A DNA stretch of 64,000 bases from Oscillospiraceae bacterium (GTDB lineage Bacteria > Bacillota > Clostridia > Oscillospirales > CAG-272): positions 3,672 through 67,671 of the forward strand of contig SVTX01000002.1 in NCBI GenBank assembly GCA_015063545.1. The letters run 5' to 3'. Positions 9,144 to 16,652 of this stretch are shown piece by piece (position 1 is the stretch's first letter; each line of letters starts with the position of its first letter). Made by a program: the position numbers and the translations under genes. The notes beneath the pieces are model-generated. The model searched no databases. It was given only the letters and a program-made list of their open reading frames with translations, and was not told the origin of the DNA.

Positions 9144-10988
9144 TTAGTTATTCTGCTGTGCGGCTTTTCTTGCCTTCATCATTTCCTTCATGCGAAGCTC
9201 TGTATTGAGTATCTTCTTACGAAGTCTTATAGACTTGGGCGTTACCTCGATAAGCTCGTCGTCGGTAATAAACTCAATAGCCTCCTCAAGACTGAAAATA
9301 GTGGGAGGTGTGAGCAGGAGCTTTTCGTCCGCACCCGCACTTCTTATAGCCGTGAGGTGCTTTTCCTTGCAGGGATTTACGGCAATATCGTCATTCTTGG
9401 GGTTCTCACCGACAATCATTCCCTCGTATACGGGTGTTTGAGGACCTACAAAGAGGTTTCCTCTTTCTTGAGTGTTATACAGTCCGTAACGTGTTGTCAC
9501 GCCTGCCTCAGATGCGATAAGTGCACCCGTAAATCTCATGATAATACCGCCGCGGTAAGGCTGGTAGCCATCAAAGAGTGTGTTAAGCACACCCTCGCCG
9601 TGTGTTGCGGAAAGGAATTCGGAGCGATAGCCGAAAAGACATCTTGACGGAATGAGGTACTCAACTCTCATGCGGCTTCCCATGGGATTCATTTCAATGA
9701 GGTCGCCCTTGCGTTGACCGAGCTTTTCTATTACAGAGCCAACGTATTCGGTGGGCACGTCAAGAGTTACTCTCTCCATAGGCTCGCACTTTACACCGTC
9801 AATTTCCTTTATGATTACCTTGGGGTTTGAGCAAGTAAGCTCATAGCCCTCGCGTCTCATATTCTCGATAAGGATAGAAAGGTGCATCTCTCCTCTGCCC
9901 GATACTATAAACTCGTCGGTTGTGTCACCGTCGCGCACGCGGAGAGAGACGTCCTTGAGAAGCTCGCGGTAAAGTCTCTCACGAAGCTGACGGGAGGTAA
10001 CGAATTTTCCCTCCTTGCCTGCCAAGGGGCTGTCATTTACCGAGAAAGTCATCTCAACCGTAGGCTCGCTGACCTTAACAAATTCAAGAGGCTCAGGATT
10101 TGAGACCGCAGTTATCGTATCACCGATAGAGATGTCTCCTGCTCCCGAAAAGCAAACGATATCACCCATTTTTGCGCTCTCAACGGGCAAGCGTCCAAGT
10201 CCGTCTATCTGATAAAGAGACACGACTTTGGTCTTTATAGGCTTTTCATCGGGCTTGTGGAAGTTACATATTGCTACTTCCTGACCTACTTTAAGAGATC
10301 CGCGCTCGATACGTCCGATACCGATTCTGCCGACGTATTCATTGTAGTCGATAGAGGAAACGAGAAGCTGAAGGTCACCGTCAATATCACCCTCAGGCGC
10401 GGGTATATATTCAAGAATCTTCTCAAACAAAGGAACGAGATTTTCGCCGGGAATATCAGGGTCCTCAGATGCGGTTCCTTCTCTGCCCGAGCAATAAAGC
10501 ATAGGAGAATCAAGCTGATCGTCGGATGCGCCAAGGTCGATAAGAAGCTCAAGTATCTCATCCTCGACCTCACCGAGACGCGCGTCGGGCTTGTCTATCT
10601 TATTGAAGCATACGATAACCTTGTGATTCAGCTCAAGCGCGCGCTTAAGCACGAATCTTGTCTGAGGCATAGGACCTTCTGCCGCATCAACCAGGAGAAT
10701 TACGCCGTTTACCATTTTAAGCACTCGCTCAACCTCACCGCCGAAGTCAGCGTGGCCGGGGGTATCTACGATATTTATTTTTACGTCCTTGTAGTGAACT
10801 GCCGTGTTTTTTGCAAGAATGGTAATACCTCTCTCACGTTCTATGTCTCCCGAATCCATAACGCAGGTAACAGTCTCCTGATTTTCGCGGTATATGCCGC
10901 CCTGCTTCAAGAGTCCGTCAACGAGTGTTGTTTTTCCATGGTCAACGTGCGCTATTATCGCTACGTTTCTTAAATCTTCTCTTACCAT
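9144..10988 (-). CDS. typA: Translational GTPase TypA/BipA
   Basis: [47 protein letters not shown] and GRGEMHL motifs. ATG 10988 follows AGAGG. Confidence 0.97.
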   Translation of the reverse strand: MVREDLRNVAIIAHVDHGKTTLVDGLLKQGGIYRENQETVTCVMDSGDIERERGITILAKNTAVHYKDVKINIVDTPGHADFGGEVERVLKMVNGVILLVDAAEGPMPQTRFVLKRALELNHKVIVCFNKIDKPDARLGEVEDEILELLIDLGASDDQLDSPMLYCSGREGTASEDPDIPGENLVPLFEKILEYIPAPEGDIDGDLQLLVSSIDYNEYVGRIGIGRIERGSLKVGQEVAICNFHKPDEKPIKTKVVSLYQIDGLGRLPVESAKMGDIVCFSGAGDISIGDTITAVSNPEPLEFVKVSEPTVEMTFSVNDSPLAGKEGKFVTSRQLRERLYRELLKDVSLRVRDGDTTDEFIVSGRGEMHLSILIENMRREGYELTCSNPKVIIKEIDGVKCEPMERVTLDVPTEYVGSVIEKLGQRKGDLIEMNPMGSRMRVEYLIPSRCLFGYRSEFLSATHGEGVLNTLFDGYQPYRGGIIMRFTGALIASEAGVTTRYGLYNTQERGNLFVGPQTPVYEGMIVGENPKNDDIAVNPCKEKHLTAIRSAGADEKLLLTPPTIFSLEEAIEFITDDELIEVTPKSIRLRKKILNTELRMKEMMKARKAAQQNN

Positions 10989-11123
10989 ACTTACCTCTGT
11001 ATCTGAAAAATTTCCACTCATTATTATATCACAATTTTTTTCAATATTAAATCACAAAAATAACGATTATTTACATTTTTCGTCACGTGCGTTTGTGCAT
11101 TTTGACATTATATGATTTTGATG

Positions 11124-11152
11124 TTGACCTTGTGAGGCAAATATGGTATAAT
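11124..11152 (+). promoter_or_regulatory. Sigma-A promoter (extended -10) for the HAD gene
   Basis: TTGACC-N17-TATAAT with TG upstream of the -10. Confidence 0.65.
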
Positions 11153-11236
11153 TTAACTGTCAACAAACGACCGTAGATGCACGTAGATCCATCCGCTTCG
11201 GTCGGGATGGCAAAACAAGAAAAGGAACAAACTTAT

Positions 11237-11905
11237 ATGATAAAGGCTTTGATATTTGATCTTGACGGCACAGTTGCCGACACTATATATGCGATAAATG
11301 AGGGTATAAACCTTATGCTTGAAGAACTCGGGTATGCCCCTATTGGTTATGACGATGTTCTCTCATTTGTAAATTTCGGCGCTCGAGGCTACGTTGAAGG
11401 CGCGATCCCCTCCGATGCACCGCACGATGACGAATATATTGACCGCGCGCTTGATATATACAATCAAAAATACGCGCAGACCTACATGCACACAAACAAG
11501 TGCTACGACGGAATTCCCGAGGCACTTGAAAGGCTTGCTCCTCATTTTCGCATGGGAATGCTCTCGAACAAGCAGGACGAGTTTGTCTTAAAGCTTGTAG
11601 ATCAGCTCTTCCGTCCGGGACTTTTCGAGATAGCACATGGCGTCCGCGACGGCATTCCCCCGAAGCCCGACACAGCTGCTCCCTTTGAGTTTGCAAAGTA
11701 CTTCGGACTTCGCCCCGATGAGATAGCCTTTGTGGGTGACAGCGATATCGACGTGCTTACAGCACTTAACGCAGGCATGGTTGCGGTTGACGTATCGTGG
11801 GGATACAGAGATGAGGAGACGCTCAGGAAGGTCGGGGCGCAGTATATAGCGCATACGCCCGATGAGCTTGTAGAGATTCTGATAAAGCTTGGCGAGAAAG
11901 AATAA
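11237..11905 (+). CDS. HAD-superfamily hydrolase (phosphoglycolate-phosphatase-like)
   Basis: FDLDGT motif I, LSNK, KPD and FVGDS..D. ATG 11237 follows AAAGGA. Confidence 0.9.
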   Translation: MIKALIFDLDGTVADTIYAINEGINLMLEELGYAPIGYDDVLSFVNFGARGYVEGAIPSDAPHDDEYIDRALDIYNQKYAQTYMHTNKCYDGIPEALERLAPHFRMGMLSNKQDEFVLKLVDQLFRPGLFEIAHGVRDGIPPKPDTAAPFEFAKYFGLRPDEIAFVGDSDIDVLTALNAGMVAVDVSWGYRDEETLRKVGAQYIAHTPDELVEILIKLGEKE

Positions 11906-12001
11906 AAAGAAAACGGCACGATAGCGTGCACATTAAGCGGTAAAATTGAATTTAGCCATCATTTTTTGAAGTGGTGGCTTTCGCGGAGGAATGACACGCA
12001 A

Positions 12002-12135
12002 GAGCCTTCCTCTGGGAGGAAGGGGGACCACGAAGTGGTGGAAGGAGCCCGCGTAACTTTTAGTTTTAACGGATTTTATTGTCACGCGCTCTCCCTTAGT
12101 CGCCTACGGCGCCAGCTCCCTCCCGGAGGGAGCCT
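12002..12135. repeat. REP/MITE-like element with two degenerate inverted arms
   Basis: Left arm: GCCTTCCTC-tgg-GAGGAAGG plus ACCAC-gaa-GTGGT. Right arm: CGCC-tac-GGCG plus GCTCCCTC-ccg-GAGGGAGC. CGCGT/ACGCG bracket an AT-rich core. Confidence 0.6.
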
Positions 12136-12158
12136 TTCATATGTTCCTGCCGATAAAA

Positions 12159-12189
12159 AACACCACCAAAGAAAATCCTTGGTGGTGTT
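12159..12189. terminator. Intrinsic terminator between the HAD gene and trxA
   Basis: aacaccaccaa ... ttggtggtgtt stem. Confidence 0.75.
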
Positions 12190-12239
12190 CGTGTTTTCTC
12201 CGCTAAAAATGCAGCGCAGATAACGTCCCGTTTTTTTAA

Positions 12240-12548
12240 TTATTTAAGCATCTCAAGCACAGCCTCAAGAGGTCTGTAGCCTACTGCCTTGTCAGCAAGC
12301 TTGCCGTCCTTGAGAAGCACGAGTGTGGGGATGCTGTGGATATCGTATGCATTTGCTATCGCGCCTTCCTCGTCAACGTCCACCTTACAAACTACGACGT
12401 CATCTCTTGTATTCGCAATTTCCTCAACTATTGGAGCCATCATCTTACAGGGACCGCACCACGTAGCGTAAAAGTCGATAAGCACGGGCTTTTGGCTGTT
12501 CAATGCTACCTCGTTGAAATTGTTAACGGTTAAATTTATAATTGCCAT
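12240..12548 (-). CDS. trxA: Thioredoxin
   Basis: DFYATWCGPCK and IHSIPTL. ATG 12548 follows AAAGGA. Confidence 0.95.
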   Translation of the reverse strand: MAIINLTVNNFNEVALNSQKPVLIDFYATWCGPCKMMAPIVEEIANTRDDVVVCKVDVDEEGAIANAYDIHSIPTLVLLKDGKLADKAVGYRPLEAVLEMLK

Positions 12549-12561
12549 AATATTTCCTTTC

Positions 12562-12759
12562 TTATTTTTTCTTGTAATAAAGCATGCAGTGACAGTATCC
12601 CTCAAAATCGGGATCCTTTATCTGCTCCTTGAATTCTTTACACATGCACTTGTATTCTTCAAGTCTTTCGCGTCTGCAGGGGCAGTATCCGCCTGTTCGT
12701 TCAAGACCTTTTCTTATAGTTTCTACTATTTCCCTGTCGGGATTTTCAATAATTTTCAT
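12562..12759 (-). CDS. Ferredoxin:thioredoxin reductase catalytic-subunit-like small Fe-S protein
   Basis: 65 aa with GYCPC, CMC and GYCHC.LY motifs, matching the CPC/CPC/CHC pattern of FTR-c. Confidence 0.8.
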   Translation of the reverse strand: MKIIENPDREIVETIRKGLERTGGYCPCRRERLEEYKCMCKEFKEQIKDPDFEGYCHCMLYYKKK

Positions 12760-12792
12760 TGTTCTCTCCTTGAGATATAATTTAGATGCATT

Positions 12793-13908
12793 TTACGGCT
12801 TGCATATACCGCAAGTGTTTGCGTCCGGATATTCTTCCATAAGCTCTTCCAAAGTTCCGTAGTAGTATATTCGGTTTTCTTCCTTCAACTTTGATGCGCT
12901 GCTGCATGTGGTCTTGTGGACCTTGAAGTTACCTTTGTTGATTATATACGTGACGTCTGCAAGACTAAACTCAAACTCACCCGTTGAGTAATCAATATCA
13001 TAATGTGATTGAACGTTGTGGATATAAACATTAAAGCAAATTCCTTCACCCTCATCCTCAACAGAATAAGCCTCAATCAAGACACCGCTGCAAAGAAGAT
13101 TATTTCCTTCAAATACAGGAGTTACTCGGTACATAACGTGATTGCCCGTCTCTTTGATATAGTCGGCTATCATGTTTTCAAATTCGAGCATAGCCCTGTT
13201 AAGTTCTTTTGTTCCGGTCACAAGATTCTGCTTGTTTGCATTCTCTCCCGCAAGTTGCCATCCTATAAGGTGACAGCGGTCATAAATCGTTCCGGACTGC
13301 CAACCGGTAGGAGTAATATGTCCTATATTTCCCCTGTCATCGGTGGGCATAAGATCTTTTCCGAGGCATGCCACAGTTATGCCGCATCTGCCGAGATCAT
13401 CAAGAGGAGAGTAATACTCATAAGACTCGGAGACTATCTGATTCTGAGTAAAGAACGGAACTCCGTCATTTACATCGACGTATGCAGAGCCGTCATGCTG
13501 CGGGGCTGTAAAGCTCGGCATAGTGAGCGCAGGGTTCTCTATGGGGATAATATCGGGAGTTTCGCTGGGCTTTTCCGAGGGTGCTTCCGTAGATTTATCT
13601 GTAGGGGCTTCTGTGGGAGTGTCTGTAGGAGATTCTGTGGGAGTGTCGGTAGGCACTTCTGTGGGAAGTTCCGTGGGATCTTCCGTGGGTTTTGATGTAG
13701 GCGCCTCTGTGGGCTTTTCTGTCGGTTTTTCCGTAGGGACTTTCGTTGGTATATCGGTAGGCGTTTCTGTAACGTGATCCGTTGAAGTTTCCGTTTCGGA
13801 TGGCGTGGCTTTAGACGCGTCACCTTCATCTGTGCATGAAATTGCGGATAATGCAATAATAAGCGCAAATATGAGGGCTAATATACGCAGCATGTTTTTA
13901 TTTTTCAT
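12793..13908 (-). CDS. Lipoprotein DNA/RNA non-specific endonuclease (DNA-entry-nuclease type)
   Basis: Lipobox AISC, PTE-repeat linker, LDDLGRC, TPTGWQ, DRCHLIG..LAG and YRVTP.F motifs, plus a C-terminal H...C...C.IC.P Ada-like metal-binding tail. Confidence 0.85.
   Translation of the reverse strand: MKNKNMLRILALIFALIIALSAISCTDEGDASKATPSETETSTDHVTETPTDIPTKVPTEKPTEKPTEAPTSKPTEDPTELPTEVPTDTPTESPTDTPTEAPTDKSTEAPSEKPSETPDIIPIENPALTMPSFTAPQHDGSAYVDVNDGVPFFTQNQIVSESYEYYSPLDDLGRCGITVACLGKDLMPTDDRGNIGHITPTGWQSGTIYDRCHLIGWQLAGENANKQNLVTGTKELNRAMLEFENMIADYIKETGNHVMYRVTPVFEGNNLLCSGVLIEAYSVEDEGEGICFNVYIHNVQSHYDIDYSTGEFEFSLADVTYIINKGNFKVHKTTCSSASKLKEENRIYYYGTLEELMEEYPDANTCGICKP
13560..13790 (-). repeat. 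Low-complexity 12-bp (PTE/PTD) repeats encoding a linker
   Basis: TETPTDIPTKVPTEKPTEKPTEAPTSKPTEDPTELPTEVPTDTPTE... Confidence 0.85.
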
Positions 13909-13924
13909 GATTTATCCCCTTTAA

Positions 13925-14857
13925 TTATTTCAAAAAGCCGTTAATGATCTCTTCTTCCGCTTGTTTTTCATCAAGACCGAGTGTCATGAGCTTTATAAGC
14001 TGTTCTCCTGCGATCTTTCCTATCGCCGCCTCGTGAATAAGCGACGCTTCAATGTGGTTTGCTTCTATTTCGGGAACAGCCTTAACGCTTGCGCTGTCCA
14101 TTATAATGGCATCGCACTCGGTATGTCCGTTGCATCTGGCATTTCCCTTTATGTTGGATATGAAGAGCTGCTTGGAGTTGTCCTTTGCGACAGAACGGGA
14201 TACAACATGCGTTCCGCATCCTTCTCCGTTGAGTTCGACCTCAAATTCCGTACGGGCATACTGCTCGCCGTGTGTCATGAGCTTTTCATATACAACAAGA
14301 GTTGAATCCTTGTCAAGCACGGCAACAGTTTTTCTATCGGTGGAATCCACTCCCTTAATCTGCGCCGTTTCCATCTCCATGTATGCGCCTTCCGCAAGAT
14401 ATATCTGCGTTGTGGGGTTCATTACGTTTCGTCCGTTACCGTCTCCCTCGCCGTAGTGCTTTTCCACGTACTTTATCTTGGCATTTTTTGCAACGTAAAA
14501 CGTGTGTATTCCGCTATGCTCGCTCATTTCCGTGCCGCAGTTGTGTATTCCGCAACCCGCAACAATGACAACGTCTGCATCCTCGCCGATATAAAAATCG
14601 TTAAATACAGTCTCGGTTATGCCGGTCTCGGAAAGAATTACGGGAATGTGCATGCTTTCATTTTTTGTGCCTGCCGCAATATGAATATCTATTCCGGGCT
14701 TTTCCTTTTTCTTTTCGATCGTGATATTCGCGCTGGACTGCTTTCCAACCAACTCACCGTTTACGCGGAGTGAATACGCGCCGTCGGGCACCTTGTGAAG
14801 CCCTGCTATGTTTTCAAGAAGATCTTTTTCCATCTTGCTGAGTGTTTTCTGTGCCAT
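13925..14857 (-). CDS. sufB: SufB/SufD-family Fe-S scaffold protein (short, SMS-type)
   Basis: GHTECDAII, HEAAIGKI and QLIKLMTLGL.E..AEE.II.GF C-terminal motifs. Confidence 0.85.
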   Translation of the reverse strand: MAQKTLSKMEKDLLENIAGLHKVPDGAYSLRVNGELVGKQSSANITIEKKKEKPGIDIHIAAGTKNESMHIPVILSETGITETVFNDFYIGEDADVVIVAGCGIHNCGTEMSEHSGIHTFYVAKNAKIKYVEKHYGEGDGNGRNVMNPTTQIYLAEGAYMEMETAQIKGVDSTDRKTVAVLDKDSTLVVYEKLMTHGEQYARTEFEVELNGEGCGTHVVSRSVAKDNSKQLFISNIKGNARCNGHTECDAIIMDSASVKAVPEIEANHIEASLIHEAAIGKIAGEQLIKLMTLGLDEKQAEEEIINGFLK

Positions 14858-15588
14858 CAGTCCTCACCTCCCGCTGTATATCTGCATCCTGCGCTTGCAC
14901 TGAGAAGTTCGGGAAGTATCTCTTCTTTCGTGCCGTAAGCAGCTACTTTGCCGTTTGCAATTACCACTATCTTATCAGCTATGTCAAGTATTCTTTCCTG
15001 GTGCGAGATTATAAGTATATTTCCCTGTGTTTTTTCATGCATCTTCTCAAACACTTTGATAAGATTATTAAAGCTCCACAGGTCAATACCCGCCTCAGGC
15101 TCGTCAAACACAGAGAACTTTGTACCGCGCGCGTTTATCATAGCTATCTCTATTCTCTTCAGCTCGCCGCCCGAAAGAGATGCGTTTACCTCACGGTTAA
15201 TGTATTCCTTAGCGCAAAGCCCCACCTCAGAGAGATAAGAACATGCCTCGGATATGGATATCTTCTTGCCCGCCGCAAGAGATATAAGATCTTTAACGGT
15301 AATTCCTTTAAATCTCACAGGTTGCTGGAACGCAAAGGAAATGCCCGCGCGAGAGCGCTCGGTTATGTTCATATTCGTTATATCTACGCCGTCAAGTATG
15401 ATCTGACCGCAGTCGGGAGTAATTATTCCCGCAATAAGCTTTGCAAGCGTTGACTTTCCGCTTCCGTTAGGGCCTGTCACGGCAACAAAACGCTCGTTTA
15501 TGGTCAAGCTTACATCGTCAAGAATACGGTTTTGCTTTCCTGTTTCGGGATCTGTTACCGTATATGACAAATTTTTAATTTCAAGCAT
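14857..15588 (-). CDS. sufC: SufC-like ABC ATPase
   Basis: GPNGSGKST, AFQQP, LSGGELKRIE, FDEPEAGIDL and ISHQ motifs. Overlaps sufB. Confidence 0.85.
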   Translation of the reverse strand: MLEIKNLSYTVTDPETGKQNRILDDVSLTINERFVAVTGPNGSGKSTLAKLIAGIITPDCGQIILDGVDITNMNITERSRAGISFAFQQPVRFKGITVKDLISLAAGKKISISEACSYLSEVGLCAKEYINREVNASLSGGELKRIEIAMINARGTKFSVFDEPEAGIDLWSFNNLIKVFEKMHEKTQGNILIISHQERILDIADKIVVIANGKVAAYGTKEEILPELLSASAGCRYTAGGED

Positions 15589-15623
15589 TTTATATAAACC
15601 TTTCTAAAATAAACTCTCTTATT

Positions 15624-15652
15624 ATTTTATCATAAAATGTAAGTTTATTCAA
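15624..15652 (-). promoter_or_regulatory. Probable sigma-A promoter for sufC-sufB-nuclease-ftr-trxA
   Basis: Minus strand TTGAAT-N17-TAAAAT. Confidence 0.5.
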
Positions 15653-15712
15653 TAGATATTTGAAAAAAATAGAGGCATTGGAGAAGAATTTGTTCTCCCG
15701 TGCCCCTATTTG

Positions 15713-16627
15713 TTATATTTTGGAATTATCAATATATCTGCAAGCGGCAAGTGCGGCCGTAGCGCCGTCTCCGCACGCCGTTGCAATTTGTCTTATGTTC
15801 TTTGTTCTGCAGTCACCTGCCACAAAAAGTCCGTCTGTTCTGGTAATGCAATTTTCATCCGAAACAACATATCCGCGCTCAGAAAGATCAACGAGATTTG
15901 CATATTGTTCGTTTTCGGGAACCTGACCGATAGCCACGAAAATTCCGTCAACGTCAAGTCTTTGCTTTTCTCCTGTGGCAACCTTCTTGATTATTATGCC
16001 GCCAAACTCATCCTCTGCATAAATGCTGTCAACGACTGTACCGGTTATGAATTCAACGTTATTCTTTTTTGCGAGTGAAGAAACAAGTCTTTCTTCACCT
16101 GTCATATAATCAAGATTCTGTACCACGTAGACCTTAGAGCATCCGTCTGACAGCATCATAGCTTCAACCAACGCTGAGTTTCCACCGCCAATTACGGCAA
16201 CTTCCTTGCCGTTGTAGAATGCGCCGTCACAGACTGCGCAAAAGGAAATTCCGTTGCCTATGAATTCTTCCTCCCTATCAAGCCCAAGGTGTCTGTGCTT
16301 GGAGCCGGTAGCAAGGATGACCGTGTGCGAAAGATACTGTCCGTCATCACAGGAAACGTAGAAAATTCCGTTCTCCTGATGGATACCCGTAACCTCTGCC
16401 ATCTCTATTTCCGCGCCCATGGAAAGCGCTTGCTCTACCATTCTTTCGGCAAGCTCATTACCGCTTATCTGTGAAAACGCGGGAAAATTCTCTATTTTGG
16501 GAGAAAAGGTCATCTGTCCGCCAAAGGTTGCTTTTTCAATAACAAGAACACTTTTATCTGCTCTGCGGGCATAGACCGCCGCGGTAAGTCCCGCGGGGCC
16601 TGCGCCTACGATTATTACGTCATACAT
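15713..16627 (-). CDS. trxB: Thioredoxin reductase
   Basis: GAGPAGLTAA, GISFCAVCDG, GGGNSA, FVAIGQ.P and FVAGDC motifs. Confidence 0.92.
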   Translation of the reverse strand: MYDVIIVGAGPAGLTAAVYARRADKSVLVIEKATFGGQMTFSPKIENFPAFSQISGNELAERMVEQALSMGAEIEMAEVTGIHQENGIFYVSCDDGQYLSHTVILATGSKHRHLGLDREEEFIGNGISFCAVCDGAFYNGKEVAVIGGGNSALVEAMMLSDGCSKVYVVQNLDYMTGEERLVSSLAKKNNVEFITGTVVDSIYAEDEFGGIIIKKVATGEKQRLDVDGIFVAIGQVPENEQYANLVDLSERGYVVSDENCITRTDGLFVAGDCRTKNIRQIATACGDGATAALAACRYIDNSKI

Positions 16628-16652
16628 TCAGATACCCTCCGATTTCAGAGTA

